Origin: Tannerellaceae bacterium
Lineage (GTDB): Bacteria; Bacteroidota; Bacteroidia; Bacteroidales; CAMTPD01
Direction of reading: 5' to 3'
Assembly (NCBI GenBank): GCA_051656605.1
Contig: JBOGCF010000008.1
Span: 6,152-70,151 of the forward strand
DNA length: 64,000 nucleotides
In this document: positions 28,185-36,913 of the stretch, piece by piece
How positions within the stretch are numbered: the stretch's first letter is position 1
Layout: the number at the start of each line of letters is the position of its first letter
Position numbers and translations under genes: made by a program
Notes under the pieces: model-generated
Seen by the model: the letters and a program-made list of their open reading frames with translations, nothing else
What the model was told of the DNA's origin: nothing
Databases searched by the model: none

Positions 28185-30254
28185 TTATTTCTGATTTGAA
28201 AATGTAGAGGCCGGAAGCAAGGCTTCATTGACCAAGTTGGCACGTGTAAAGGGTTGCCATCCGTAACGTACGCTTACGGGTTGCTTTACCTCGTTGGCTT
28301 TGAGTGTGACTTTGTTGCCGTTGGTTGTGGCCGATGCCGGGTAATACATGCCGTCGCTACCTGCAATCTCGAATCCGATCAATACGTCGCCTTCCGCCGG
28401 TTGCAAAGTTGTTGCATTGTTGAAGGTTACTTCCACTACCTTGTCTTTGTATTCGATGCGACGTGGATCGGGACCGAAGGCTGTAAGTTGGTTGCGACCG
28501 TAACTGTTTTTCAAAGCCTGCAAAGCCAGACGTTGTCCTACGGGTTGCTTGTCGGTAGGATGCACGTCGAGCGAATCTCCTTTGTCGGAACTCACGGCCA
28601 TGTAGGTATTGGGAACGGTGTGCGCGAGCTTGCGTTGCGAATCACGAAAGCGCGGCCAGCTCGGACGGTTGAGCGACGACAACTGGACGAAGTAAAAAGG
28701 AAGGTTTTGATTCCAGTTGGTACGCCAGCTATCAACGAGTTGCGTGAAGAGGGCTTCGTGAATCTCAATGTTGTGTGCATTGCTTTCGCCCTGATACCAG
28801 AGTACTCCGCGCACGGGATACTTTTGAAGAGGCAGGATACCGGCCTCGAACAAGTAGCAAGGCTGGTAGGGGTGACGCTGTTCTTTGTATTCCGATTGCT
28901 TGATGTTTTTAGCACCGCGTTGGCGACACCATTGCTGAATCATGTCGTTCTGGGTCCAATCTTTCAAGATGTCTACAAGTTGATAGTTGTGTTCGAGGCT
29001 TTTGCGATCGATCCACGACTCGGTGTTGGATCCGCCTACTGCATTTAGGATCAAACCGACCGGTACTTGCAACGAGTCTTGTAACATCTGCCCAAAATAG
29101 TAAGCAATGGACGAAAAGTCTGCCGCCGTGGCAGGAGTGGTTTCTTGCCAACCGTTGTTGCTGTAGTATTGAAGGCGATTGAGCGAATCCATGGTTGCCT
29201 TGGGCCACTCTACGTCGTAGGTTTGCCAGCGGGGTTGCATGTTGAGCAAACGGATATTGGGATTATTAGCTTGTTCGATCGCTTCCTTTCCGCCTTTGCT
29301 TTGCTTGAGCATCCAAGCCATGTTGGACTGACCGGAACACAGCCATACTTCTCCCACCATTACGTTTTGGAAGCTTTTGGTCTCCTTGTCTGCTTTCACC
29401 TCAAGGATATATGGGCCTCCGGCCTGTAGCGAAGGTAAAGTCAGGGTCCATTTACCGTTGTCGGCCGTAGTAGTCTTGGCTTTCTTACCGGCAATTTCGA
29501 TGGATACTTTGGTTCCTTTATTGGCCGTTCCGGAGAGGGTCAACGGCATGTCACGTTGCAAAACCATGTTGTCCGAAAACGTGAGCGGAAGGGCAAGTCC
29601 GCCGAAGTCGCCGGTGATCGAACTATACACGCGCTTTGCGATCAAGGATGCTCCCTCGGCATTGGGATGGATTGCATCGGGCAATAGTTCGGGACGGTTG
29701 TAAAGAATCTCCTGCAAGTCGATAAGTTGTAGCTTTTGTGTCGCGGCAATCTGTTCGATTTGTTGCTGAATTTGCCAATACCAGTCGCGCGTGCCCGACT
29801 TAAAACGGCTGTGTTTGTCGGTAATGGGCGAGAGGCGGCAGATCAAAACGCGAACCTTCGGATTCGAAGCTTTGATGTCTTGTATCAGTTGCAGGTAGTC
29901 GGGAATAAAGTTTTCCTGATACTCGGGCCAGTTGCGCGGGTCTGTATCGTTAAGTCCCAAGTGAATCACTGCAATATCGGGCTTGTATTGCAAAGCTGCT
30001 TGGTACTCGTCTTGTTCGTTGTAGGGGCGATGGCCTTTGCGCAGTAGCGTAGAACCGCTTTTGCCAAAGTTTTGTACTTCGTATTCGCTGCCGAGTAATT
30101 GCTGTAATTGGGCAGGATAGGAGTTGGTTTCTCTGTTTTCGATTCCGTATCCGTAGGTTACGCTGTTGCCAATACAGGCAACTTTAACTTGAGCAAATAA
30201 AGGGATACTTGTGACGACAGAAAAAAGAAATAGAATGAAACGGTGTGTACTCAT
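28185..30254 (-). CDS. Two-domain sialate O-acetylesterase-like enzyme (N-terminal SGNH/GDSL domain plus C-terminal SASA/DUF303 domain; NanS-like)
   Basis: Start trimmed to M46 (MSTHRFILFLFSVVTSIPLFAQ signal peptide). The first domain has SGNH blocks IGNSVTYG, GKSGST, HLGLNDT and DAIHPN. The second has CSGQSNM and WYQGESN. Confidence 0.8.
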   Translation of the reverse strand: MSTHRFILFLFSVVTSIPLFAQVKVACIGNSVTYGYGIENRETNSYPAQLQQLLGSEYEVQNFGKSGSTLLRKGHRPYNEQDEYQAALQYKPDIAVIHLGLNDTDPRNWPEYQENFIPDYLQLIQDIKASNPKVRVLICRLSPITDKHSRFKSGTRDWYWQIQQQIEQIAATQKLQLIDLQEILYNRPELLPDAIHPNAEGASLIAKRVYSSITGDFGGLALPLTFSDNMVLQRDMPLTLSGTANKGTKVSIEIAGKKAKTTTADNGKWTLTLPSLQAGGPYILEVKADKETKSFQNVMVGEVWLCSGQSNMAWMLKQSKGGKEAIEQANNPNIRLLNMQPRWQTYDVEWPKATMDSLNRLQYYSNNGWQETTPATAADFSSIAYYFGQMLQDSLQVPVGLILNAVGGSNTESWIDRKSLEHNYQLVDILKDWTQNDMIQQWCRQRGAKNIKQSEYKEQRHPYQPCYLFEAGILPLQKYPVRGVLWYQGESNAHNIEIHEALFTQLVDSWRTNWNQNLPFYFVQLSSLNRPSWPRFRDSQRKLAHTVPNTYMAVSSDKGDSLDVHPTDKQPVGQRLALQALKNSYGRNQLTAFGPDPRRIEYKDKVVEVTFNNATTLQPAEGDVLIGFEIAGSDGMYYPASATTNGNKVTLKANEVKQPVSVRYGWQPFTRANLVNEALLPASTFSNQK

Positions 30255-30400
30255 GTGGGCTTTGATATTGGTTAGTGCGGCTAAATTAGTGAATTCTTGC
30301 AAAATAGGCTTCAAATCAAAAAGAAAAAGGGAGCTTCCGACGCGGAACCCCCCTATTAAAGTGTGTGTTGATTTATAGACGCTCAACAAACGCCTATTTT

Positions 30401-32008
30401 TTAATATCCGTCGTTTTGTACTAGCTTAGGATTCTTATCCAAAGAGCTTTGCGACAATGGTAGATATTTATTGTGCTCTGCAAATGTACGTGTTTCTACG
30501 AAAAATGGTTCACCTTGCAGGTTCAATTTATGATCACCATTCGGATAGGTTTCGTCCAAGATCGGATTATCGTTTCCGGCCTGACGGCAACCATACACTT
30601 TTCCGTTCAATACATCCTTTGCAATGTTCCAGCGGATGATGTCGAAGCGACGCAATCCTTCGTATGCAAACTCCACACGACGCTCACGGCGAACCAGTTC
30701 GCGTAGTTTGTCTTGAGAGTTATACTTGCTACGATCTACCGCAGGCATGCCGGCTCTTGTGCGCACGGCATCAATGGCTGCATACATTTCATCATTAATT
30801 AGGTTTAGCTCGATCATGGCTTCTGCTTTTGAAAGAAGCACTTCGGCATAGCGGATCACCATGATGTTGCGACCTGTATTCCACATATCGTCGTACTGGT
30901 CGATTGGGTTGATGTACTTCTTGAAGTTATAGCCTGTTTTCGATGCGTTATCGGCTTTCATCGGATTGTCGTCGTTGCCGGCAATAACAGATGAGTACAC
31001 TTTTCCGTTGTATACTTGTCCCGGATATACGATCGTAGCGGCCAAGCGTGGGTCTCTATTTACATACGGATTGCTTTCGTCGTATGTACCCGCTGCTTTG
31101 GCTTCTTCGATGGTAAGTCCGTCTGCCATCTCATAGGTATCTACCAACGTTTGCAACGGAACGATAGACGACCATCCTCCGGCACTATTCGGCGTGTAAG
31201 CTCCGAACGACATGCTGTAGTCGCTCTTGATATGTTCTATCTCCAGGATTGCTTCGTTGTTGTTTTCGTTTGCCATCAAGAAGAGGTTGTTGTATGCTCC
31301 TTCTCCGTTGTTGAACAACGAGTAACCGGTAATTTGGTTTGCAATATCCTTTACTTCGGCATACATTCCTTTGAATAGGTAAACGCGCATCAAGAGCGCT
31401 TGAGCTGCGGCATGACTGATACGTCCGCCTGTGCCCGGACCTTTCTTTAACGCATTTCCATCGATGATTGCTTTTAGTTCGTCGATGATGAATTGCTCTA
31501 CAGTTTCTTTCGAGTCGCGCGGTACTTCAGCTTCTTGCGGAGTAGCAAAGACTCTTGTCACCAATGGCACGTCTCCGTACGACTGGGTCATGATGAAGTA
31601 TCTGTATGCACGAATAAATCGGGCTTCGGATATGTATTGTTCTTTCAATCCTTCCGTTGTGAAGGTTACCTTTTCGACGTTTTCAAGAAACTCATTGCAA
31701 CGACGAATGGTTCCGTAACTAAAAGAACCGGATCCGGTATCCGACTGTGTCATTTGTCCGTTACCAATAACTTGCCATCCTTCGTGGCGGTGAAAGTTGT
31801 ACGCGTTGTCTGATCCGCAGTCGCGGTATAGAATGGTGCTTCCGCTTTCGAACTCATTGTAGCAACCGGTAATCGCAAGGGTTGCGTCTTTTTCTGTTTT
31901 CCAAAAGGTGGATGGCGACAAGGCGTCGGCCGGTGCTCTATCGAGGAAATCACTACACGAAGTGAATACGATAGGTAGAGCAAATAGTGCTTTTATATAT
32001 GTTTTCAT
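30401..32008 (-). CDS. SusD/RagB-family nutrient-binding outer-membrane lipoprotein
   Basis: 535 aa with a lipoprotein signal (...VFTSCSDFLDR) and TPR-like SusD blocks (RAYRYF, VIRYAEVLL, ERRVEFAYEG.RRFD). Confidence 0.9.
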   Translation of the reverse strand: MKTYIKALFALPIVFTSCSDFLDRAPADALSPSTFWKTEKDATLAITGCYNEFESGSTILYRDCGSDNAYNFHRHEGWQVIGNGQMTQSDTGSGSFSYGTIRRCNEFLENVEKVTFTTEGLKEQYISEARFIRAYRYFIMTQSYGDVPLVTRVFATPQEAEVPRDSKETVEQFIIDELKAIIDGNALKKGPGTGGRISHAAAQALLMRVYLFKGMYAEVKDIANQITGYSLFNNGEGAYNNLFLMANENNNEAILEIEHIKSDYSMSFGAYTPNSAGGWSSIVPLQTLVDTYEMADGLTIEEAKAAGTYDESNPYVNRDPRLAATIVYPGQVYNGKVYSSVIAGNDDNPMKADNASKTGYNFKKYINPIDQYDDMWNTGRNIMVIRYAEVLLSKAEAMIELNLINDEMYAAIDAVRTRAGMPAVDRSKYNSQDKLRELVRRERRVEFAYEGLRRFDIIRWNIAKDVLNGKVYGCRQAGNDNPILDETYPNGDHKLNLQGEPFFVETRTFAEHNKYLPLSQSSLDKNPKLVQNDGY

Positions 32009-32020
32009 ATCTGAATCGGA

Positions 32021-35000
32021 TTAGAATGTTAGGTTTAGACCGAAAGAGTTTACCATTACTTGTGGGTAGTGGCTACCGCGTCCCGATGGAGCTTCCGGGT
32101 CCCAACCGTCGATAAACTTAGTCATAGTAAATAAGTTTTGTCCGCTATAGTAGATTCTCAAACGTGAGATTCCGCTTCCTGCCAACCATTCTGCCGGTAA
32201 TGTGTAACCGATCTGTATGTTTTTAAGGCGTACGTAATTGGCGTTTTGCATCCAGAATGTAGAAGATAAAGCCGGCATACTAGGACCTGTGGTGTTTGCG
32301 GTAAGACGAGGCATGGTTGCGTTTGGATTCTCCGGAGTCCAGTGGTCTCTCCAGATTACATTCGGCTTGCCCGAGTCGCCCGAAAAGTCGCCGAATACGG
32401 TTCCATCCATATAACGTTTCACTCCTGCCGCGCCTTGGAAGAATGCTGTAAAGTCAAACCCTTTCCACTCTGCGCCGATATTAAGACCGAATACGTATTT
32501 TGGGTCTTTTGTTCCCATGATAACACGGTCTTTTCCATCCAATACGCCATCGTTGTTTTGATCTTTGTATTTTAGGTCGCCCGCCTGTGGTTTGCCGGTT
32601 AACTTGTATTCGGCATAGGTATCTACATCTTCTTGCGATTGGTAAAAGCCAATAGCCTCATAGCCGTAAAGGGAATTCAATGAATAGCCTATATGGTTGA
32701 TATCGTTACCTTTTATTATTTCTTTTTGTCCTGCTAGTTGAAGAATCTTATTTCTATTGTATGCAAAGTTTCCACTGAAGTTTAGTTTCACTTCGCCTAC
32801 TTGCTGTGCATACGAAGCTGATAGCTCGATACCGGTGTTGCGTACTTTCCCTACGTTATCAATAAATTTCTCAAGAGCATACGTGTCGGGGGTAGGAACT
32901 TCCATTAGGATGTCTGATGTGGTACGGTTGTAATAGTCGAACGTAAGGTTCAGCTTATTGAATACCGTCATGTCGAAACCAAGGCCCCATGTTTCGGATG
33001 TTTCCCATTTTAGGTTTGGATTCTTTGCTGTTTTCGTAGCACCACCGGAGGCAATAACTCCATCAAACGGATAGTTGTTGCCAAGCCCTAGTACAGGAAT
33101 GGTTGGATAGTATTCGTCCATCGCGTTTTGGTTACCCAATTTACCCCATGAAGCACGAAGCTTAAGGTTTTGCATGGTCTCGCGTACATCTTCCATGAAA
33201 TCTTCTTCAGAGATTCTCCATCCTGCAGAGAATGAAGGGAAAGCTGCCCAACGGTTTCCTTTTGAGAAGCGTGAAGATCCGTCGTAACGTACGTTTGCTT
33301 CGAGTAGATATTTCCCTGCATAATCGTAGTTTACACGGCCAAACCATGAGAGCATCGCTAATTCTCGTGTATAACCTTCACCTTTCATTCCGGCTGTACT
33401 ACCGGCATTGATGTCGCCCAACTCGTTGCTTGGGAAGTCTTGACGGTAGGCTTTGTTTTCTTTGTATTGGAATAACTCGGAGTGAAACCCTGCAAGAGCA
33501 CTCAGGTTATGTTTGCCAAACGATTTGTCGTAGGTAAGAAGAACGTCTGCAGAAGTCGTGGTTCTGAAGTAGTCGCTCTGATACATCTTGTTTGGTCCTT
33601 GGTATTTATTCGGGTTGTACTGAATGTCTTTGATGAATTCGTTTTCGTCGCGTATGTCTGATTTGTAAGAAAGCACTCCTTTCACATCCAATCCGGATAA
33701 GATGTTGTACTTAATGGATCCTATACCTAAGAAATATTGGTGAACCTTTTTGATATCACCGCCCAAATCCATCCAAGCAATTGGGTTACCGTCGCCGATG
33801 ACACCATAGTATCCGTCTTCTGTTTTGTATGGAATCCATGGTGAAATACGATTAACCTGACGGAAGATCTGGTCTACGCCACCTCCTACATACGGATTTG
33901 TTGCTTCTTTAAGGTCGGTCTTGATGTAAGATAAGTTTACGCTGGTCTCGATGCGATCGGTAGGATTAGCATCTAAGTTGACGCGTACATTGTATTGGTT
34001 TTTACCGGTGTTCTTAATGATTGCGTCTTGTTTCAGATATCCCAACGACGTCATGTAGCGTACTTTGTTGGTACCGCCATTCATGTTTACATTGTGCTGT
34101 GTCTGGAATCCCGAACCTACATAGAATAGTTTTTGCCAATCTGTGTCGGGGTGTGTGTACGGCGAACTTCCATCTCTGAACTTCTGTATGTCTTCATCGG
34201 TAAACTTAGGCGACTTTCCGTCGTTACGCAATGCTTCATTGTACAATGAAGCATACTCAGCCGAATGCATATACTCGGGAAGATCTGTAGCTTTCTGCCA
34301 ACCGAAATTACCGGTATAGTTGATCGTCGTTTTACCTTCTTTACCACGTTTGGTTGTGATCAAGATAACTCCGTTGGCTGCTTTAGATCCGTAAATTGCG
34401 GCACTAGCTGCATCTTTTAGTACAGTTAATGACTCGATTTCATTAGGATCTAGGTTAGACATGGAAGCTTCTACACCATCAACAATTACCATCGGGTCGG
34501 AGTTGTTCAACGTTCCTACACCACGCACTCGGATGGTTCCGCCATCGTGTCCGGGAAGTCCGCTACCTTGTGTAACGGCAACACCGGGAAGAAGTCCGGC
34601 CAAACCTGCTGATACGCTGGTAAGAGGTCGGTTTTCTAACGCTTTTGTATCTACAGAAGCAATAGAACCGGTAAGGTTTACTTTCTTCTGTGTACCAAAA
34701 CCAACAACGACAACTTCATCTAGATTCTGAAGATTCTCTTTTAATACAACCTTCAATGGAGCAGATCCTTTTACAACGACATCTTGCGGAATGTAGCCGA
34801 TGTAAGTAACGTGTAATGTAGCATTGGGCTCTGCATTGATCTCAAAGTTTCCGTCAAAATCGGTGATTGTACCGTCAGTAGTTCCTTTTACTACAACATT
34901 GGCTCCAATGATCGGTTCGCCCGAAGCATCAACGATGGTTCCTTTTACTGTAATGCCTTTTTGCATTATCTCTGTAACATCCTTTGATTGAGATGGAAGA

Positions 35001-35137
35001 ATAGGATTAGCTGTACTACTAGCCATTGCTGTTCCTGTAAAAATACTCATGAGTAGGAGTGAGTAATAACCTACGTTTGCAATTTTACCGGACAGAGTTT
35101 TTCCTCCTTGATTGATTTTAATCTCTTTGTTCCTCAT
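32021..35137 (-). CDS. SusC/RagA-family TonB-dependent outer-membrane transporter
   Basis: 1038 aa with a carboxypeptidase-regulatory-like domain (VKGTIVDASGEPIIGANVVVKGT), a TonB plug (DEVVVVGFGTQKK) and the C-terminal ...FGLNLTF. There is no STN signalling domain. Confidence 0.92.
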   Translation of the reverse strand: MRNKEIKINQGGKTLSGKIANVGYYSLLLMSIFTGTAMASSTANPILPSQSKDVTEIMQKGITVKGTIVDASGEPIIGANVVVKGTTDGTITDFDGNFEINAEPNATLHVTYIGYIPQDVVVKGSAPLKVVLKENLQNLDEVVVVGFGTQKKVNLTGSIASVDTKALENRPLTSVSAGLAGLLPGVAVTQGSGLPGHDGGTIRVRGVGTLNNSDPMVIVDGVEASMSNLDPNEIESLTVLKDAASAAIYGSKAANGVILITTKRGKEGKTTINYTGNFGWQKATDLPEYMHSAEYASLYNEALRNDGKSPKFTDEDIQKFRDGSSPYTHPDTDWQKLFYVGSGFQTQHNVNMNGGTNKVRYMTSLGYLKQDAIIKNTGKNQYNVRVNLDANPTDRIETSVNLSYIKTDLKEATNPYVGGGVDQIFRQVNRISPWIPYKTEDGYYGVIGDGNPIAWMDLGGDIKKVHQYFLGIGSIKYNILSGLDVKGVLSYKSDIRDENEFIKDIQYNPNKYQGPNKMYQSDYFRTTTSADVLLTYDKSFGKHNLSALAGFHSELFQYKENKAYRQDFPSNELGDINAGSTAGMKGEGYTRELAMLSWFGRVNYDYAGKYLLEANVRYDGSSRFSKGNRWAAFPSFSAGWRISEEDFMEDVRETMQNLKLRASWGKLGNQNAMDEYYPTIPVLGLGNNYPFDGVIASGGATKTAKNPNLKWETSETWGLGFDMTVFNKLNLTFDYYNRTTSDILMEVPTPDTYALEKFIDNVGKVRNTGIELSASYAQQVGEVKLNFSGNFAYNRNKILQLAGQKEIIKGNDINHIGYSLNSLYGYEAIGFYQSQEDVDTYAEYKLTGKPQAGDLKYKDQNNDGVLDGKDRVIMGTKDPKYVFGLNIGAEWKGFDFTAFFQGAAGVKRYMDGTVFGDFSGDSGKPNVIWRDHWTPENPNATMPRLTANTTGPSMPALSSTFWMQNANYVRLKNIQIGYTLPAEWLAGSGISRLRIYYSGQNLFTMTKFIDGWDPEAPSGRGSHYPQVMVNSFGLNLTF
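35072..35079 (+). promoter_or_regulatory. -7 box TACGTTTG antisense to susC codons about 20-22
   Basis: Exact TAnnTTTG on the + strand inside the susC 5' coding region, 85 nt upstream of a + strand terminator. Confidence 0.35.
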
Positions 35138-35209
35138 TAGATTAGATTATTGTGATATTAGTTCAAAGACAACCTGAAAGAAACGTATTCCTTTCAGATT
35201 GTCTTTTTT
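35085..35209 (+). ncRNA. Candidate cis-antisense sRNA (DonS-like) covering the susC start codon
   Basis: Predicted from the -7 box (35072-35079) and the terminator (35165-35209). It would be about 125 nt and fully complementary to the susC RBS, start codon and first 50 nt or so. Confidence 0.3.
35165..35209 (+). terminator. Strong hairpin plus T-run just upstream of the susC start (terminator only in + orientation)
   Basis: aaagacaacctgaaag (35165-35180) pairs with ctttcagattgtcttt (35191-35206): 15 of 16 pairs, then TTTTTT through 35209. The mismatch is C-A on the + RNA but G-U on the minus RNA. Confidence 0.5.
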
Positions 35210-35436
35210 AATTTCCTTAATTCGTGTGGTATTTCAGTATAGAAGAGATTTAAGGCCGTATATTTTCAATGTGTGTTCTCTTTAAAAAAATTATCAATTA
35301 AAATTGGTATTACGTCGTGTGTTTTTTCAGGTATTTTCCGCTTTTCTTGAATTAAACCTTAATGCTCTATATTATTAGTTGTTAGCAATGAAAATTGGCA
35401 TTTTAGATTTCCGTATCCTTTCTTTAGGGTACTTGG

Positions 35437-35444
35437 CAAATATA
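35437..35444 (-). promoter_or_regulatory. Possible -7 box (TATATTTG on the minus strand) for susC
   Basis: The + strand caaatata is the reverse complement of TAnnTTTG. It would give a susC leader of about 290 nt. Confidence 0.35.
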
Positions 35445-35605
35445 TATATTTAATTTCAATTCGTTCAAAGAATATAACAAATAATTTACCAATATTTTTG
35501 ATTTTAAGAATAGATAGTTAAAATTTGGATGGTTTTCTTTCGAAGAGGTTCTTATTATCGCTTATCTGGGTTATGTATTAAATATGTCTATACTACGATA
35601 TTTAC

Positions 35606-35647
35606 TGAAAAAACAAAAGGAGCTACCCATTTAGAGTAGCTCCTTTG
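35606..35647 (-). terminator. Intrinsic terminator after ychF
   Basis: aaaggagctac (35616-35626) pairs with gtagctccttt (35637-35647). On the minus strand it is followed by TGTTTTTT. Confidence 0.75.
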
Positions 35648-35673
35648 CTTGTATCATGTTACAAATGTATTTC

Positions 35674-36777
35674 TTAAACATTGAAACGGAAATGCATGAT
35701 GTCACCATCTGCTGCAACGTATTCTTTTCCTTCTACGCTCATTTTACCTGCTTCTTTACATGCAGATTCCGAACCGTATTGGATAAAATCGTTGTACTTG
35801 ATAACTTCTGCACGGATGAACCCTTTTTCGAAGTCGGTGTGGATAACACCTGCGCACTGAGGTGCTTTGCTTCCGCGAAGGAATGTCCATGCGCGAACTT
35901 CTTGTACACCGCAAGTGAAGTATGTTTGAAGGTCAAGCAAGTTGTATGCCGCACGGATCAAACGAGCTACACCTGATTCTTCAAGACCGATTTCGTTTAG
36001 GAACATTTCTCTTTCTTCGAATGTTTCAAGTTCTGCGATTTCAGACTCGATTTTAGCAGCTACAACAAGGATCTCTGCGTTTTCGTCTTTAACGGCTTCA
36101 CGCACCATTTCAACGTATTTGTTTCCAGATACGGCGCTGTTTTCATCTACGTTACAAACGTACATTACCGGTTTGCTGGTAAGCAGGTACAATTCGCGTG
36201 CAATCTTTTGCTCGTCTTTTGTTTCGAAAGAAACTGTACGTGCAGATTTACCTTGTTCCAACGCTTCTTTGTATGCTTTCAATACCTCGTAAGTAACCTT
36301 TGCTACTTTATCGCCTCCTGTTTGAGCTTGCTTTTGCACTTTCGCCATGCGTTGCTCTACGGTTTCAAGGTCTTTTAATTGAAGTTCGGCATCAATAATT
36401 TCTTTGTCTCTTACCGGATCTACAGAACCATCCACGTGGGTAATGTTGTCATCGTCGAAACAACGCAAAACGTGAAGGATTGCATCAGTTTCACGGATGT
36501 TTGCAAGGAACTTGTTTCCAAGACCTTCACCTTTACTTGCACCTTTTACCAAACCGGCGATATCAACAATCTCTACCGTAGTAGGAACGATGCGTTGTGG
36601 ATTTACAAGTTCGGCAAGCTTGTTAAGTCTTGGATCCGGTACTGTGATCACACCAACGTTTGGTTCGATTGTACAGAAAGGGAAGTTTGCAGATTGTGCT
36701 TTAGCGTTTGATAAGCAGTTAAAAAGAGTAGATTTACCTACGTTTGGTAAGCCTACAATTCCACATTGTAATGCCAT
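35674..36777 (-). CDS. ychF: Redox-regulated ATPase YchF (Obg-family GTPase-like)
   Basis: 367 aa with the G1 motif GLPNVGKST, a TGS domain and the conserved C-terminus DGDIMHFRFNV. Confidence 0.95.
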   Translation of the reverse strand: MALQCGIVGLPNVGKSTLFNCLSNAKAQSANFPFCTIEPNVGVITVPDPRLNKLAELVNPQRIVPTTVEIVDIAGLVKGASKGEGLGNKFLANIRETDAILHVLRCFDDDNITHVDGSVDPVRDKEIIDAELQLKDLETVEQRMAKVQKQAQTGGDKVAKVTYEVLKAYKEALEQGKSARTVSFETKDEQKIARELYLLTSKPVMYVCNVDENSAVSGNKYVEMVREAVKDENAEILVVAAKIESEIAELETFEEREMFLNEIGLEESGVARLIRAAYNLLDLQTYFTCGVQEVRAWTFLRGSKAPQCAGVIHTDFEKGFIRAEVIKYNDFIQYGSESACKEAGKMSVEGKEYVAADGDIMHFRFNV

Positions 36778-36913
36778 TCTATTTTGTCGTTTTATATATT
36801 ATCAATTGTCGGGGAAGGGCTTCTTCCGCAAATTTGTTTAGCCATCAGGCTTTTTCGGGTGCAAAGATAACCATTCTTTTCGGATTTATCTCTATGTGTT
36901 TTAATCGTTTGGA

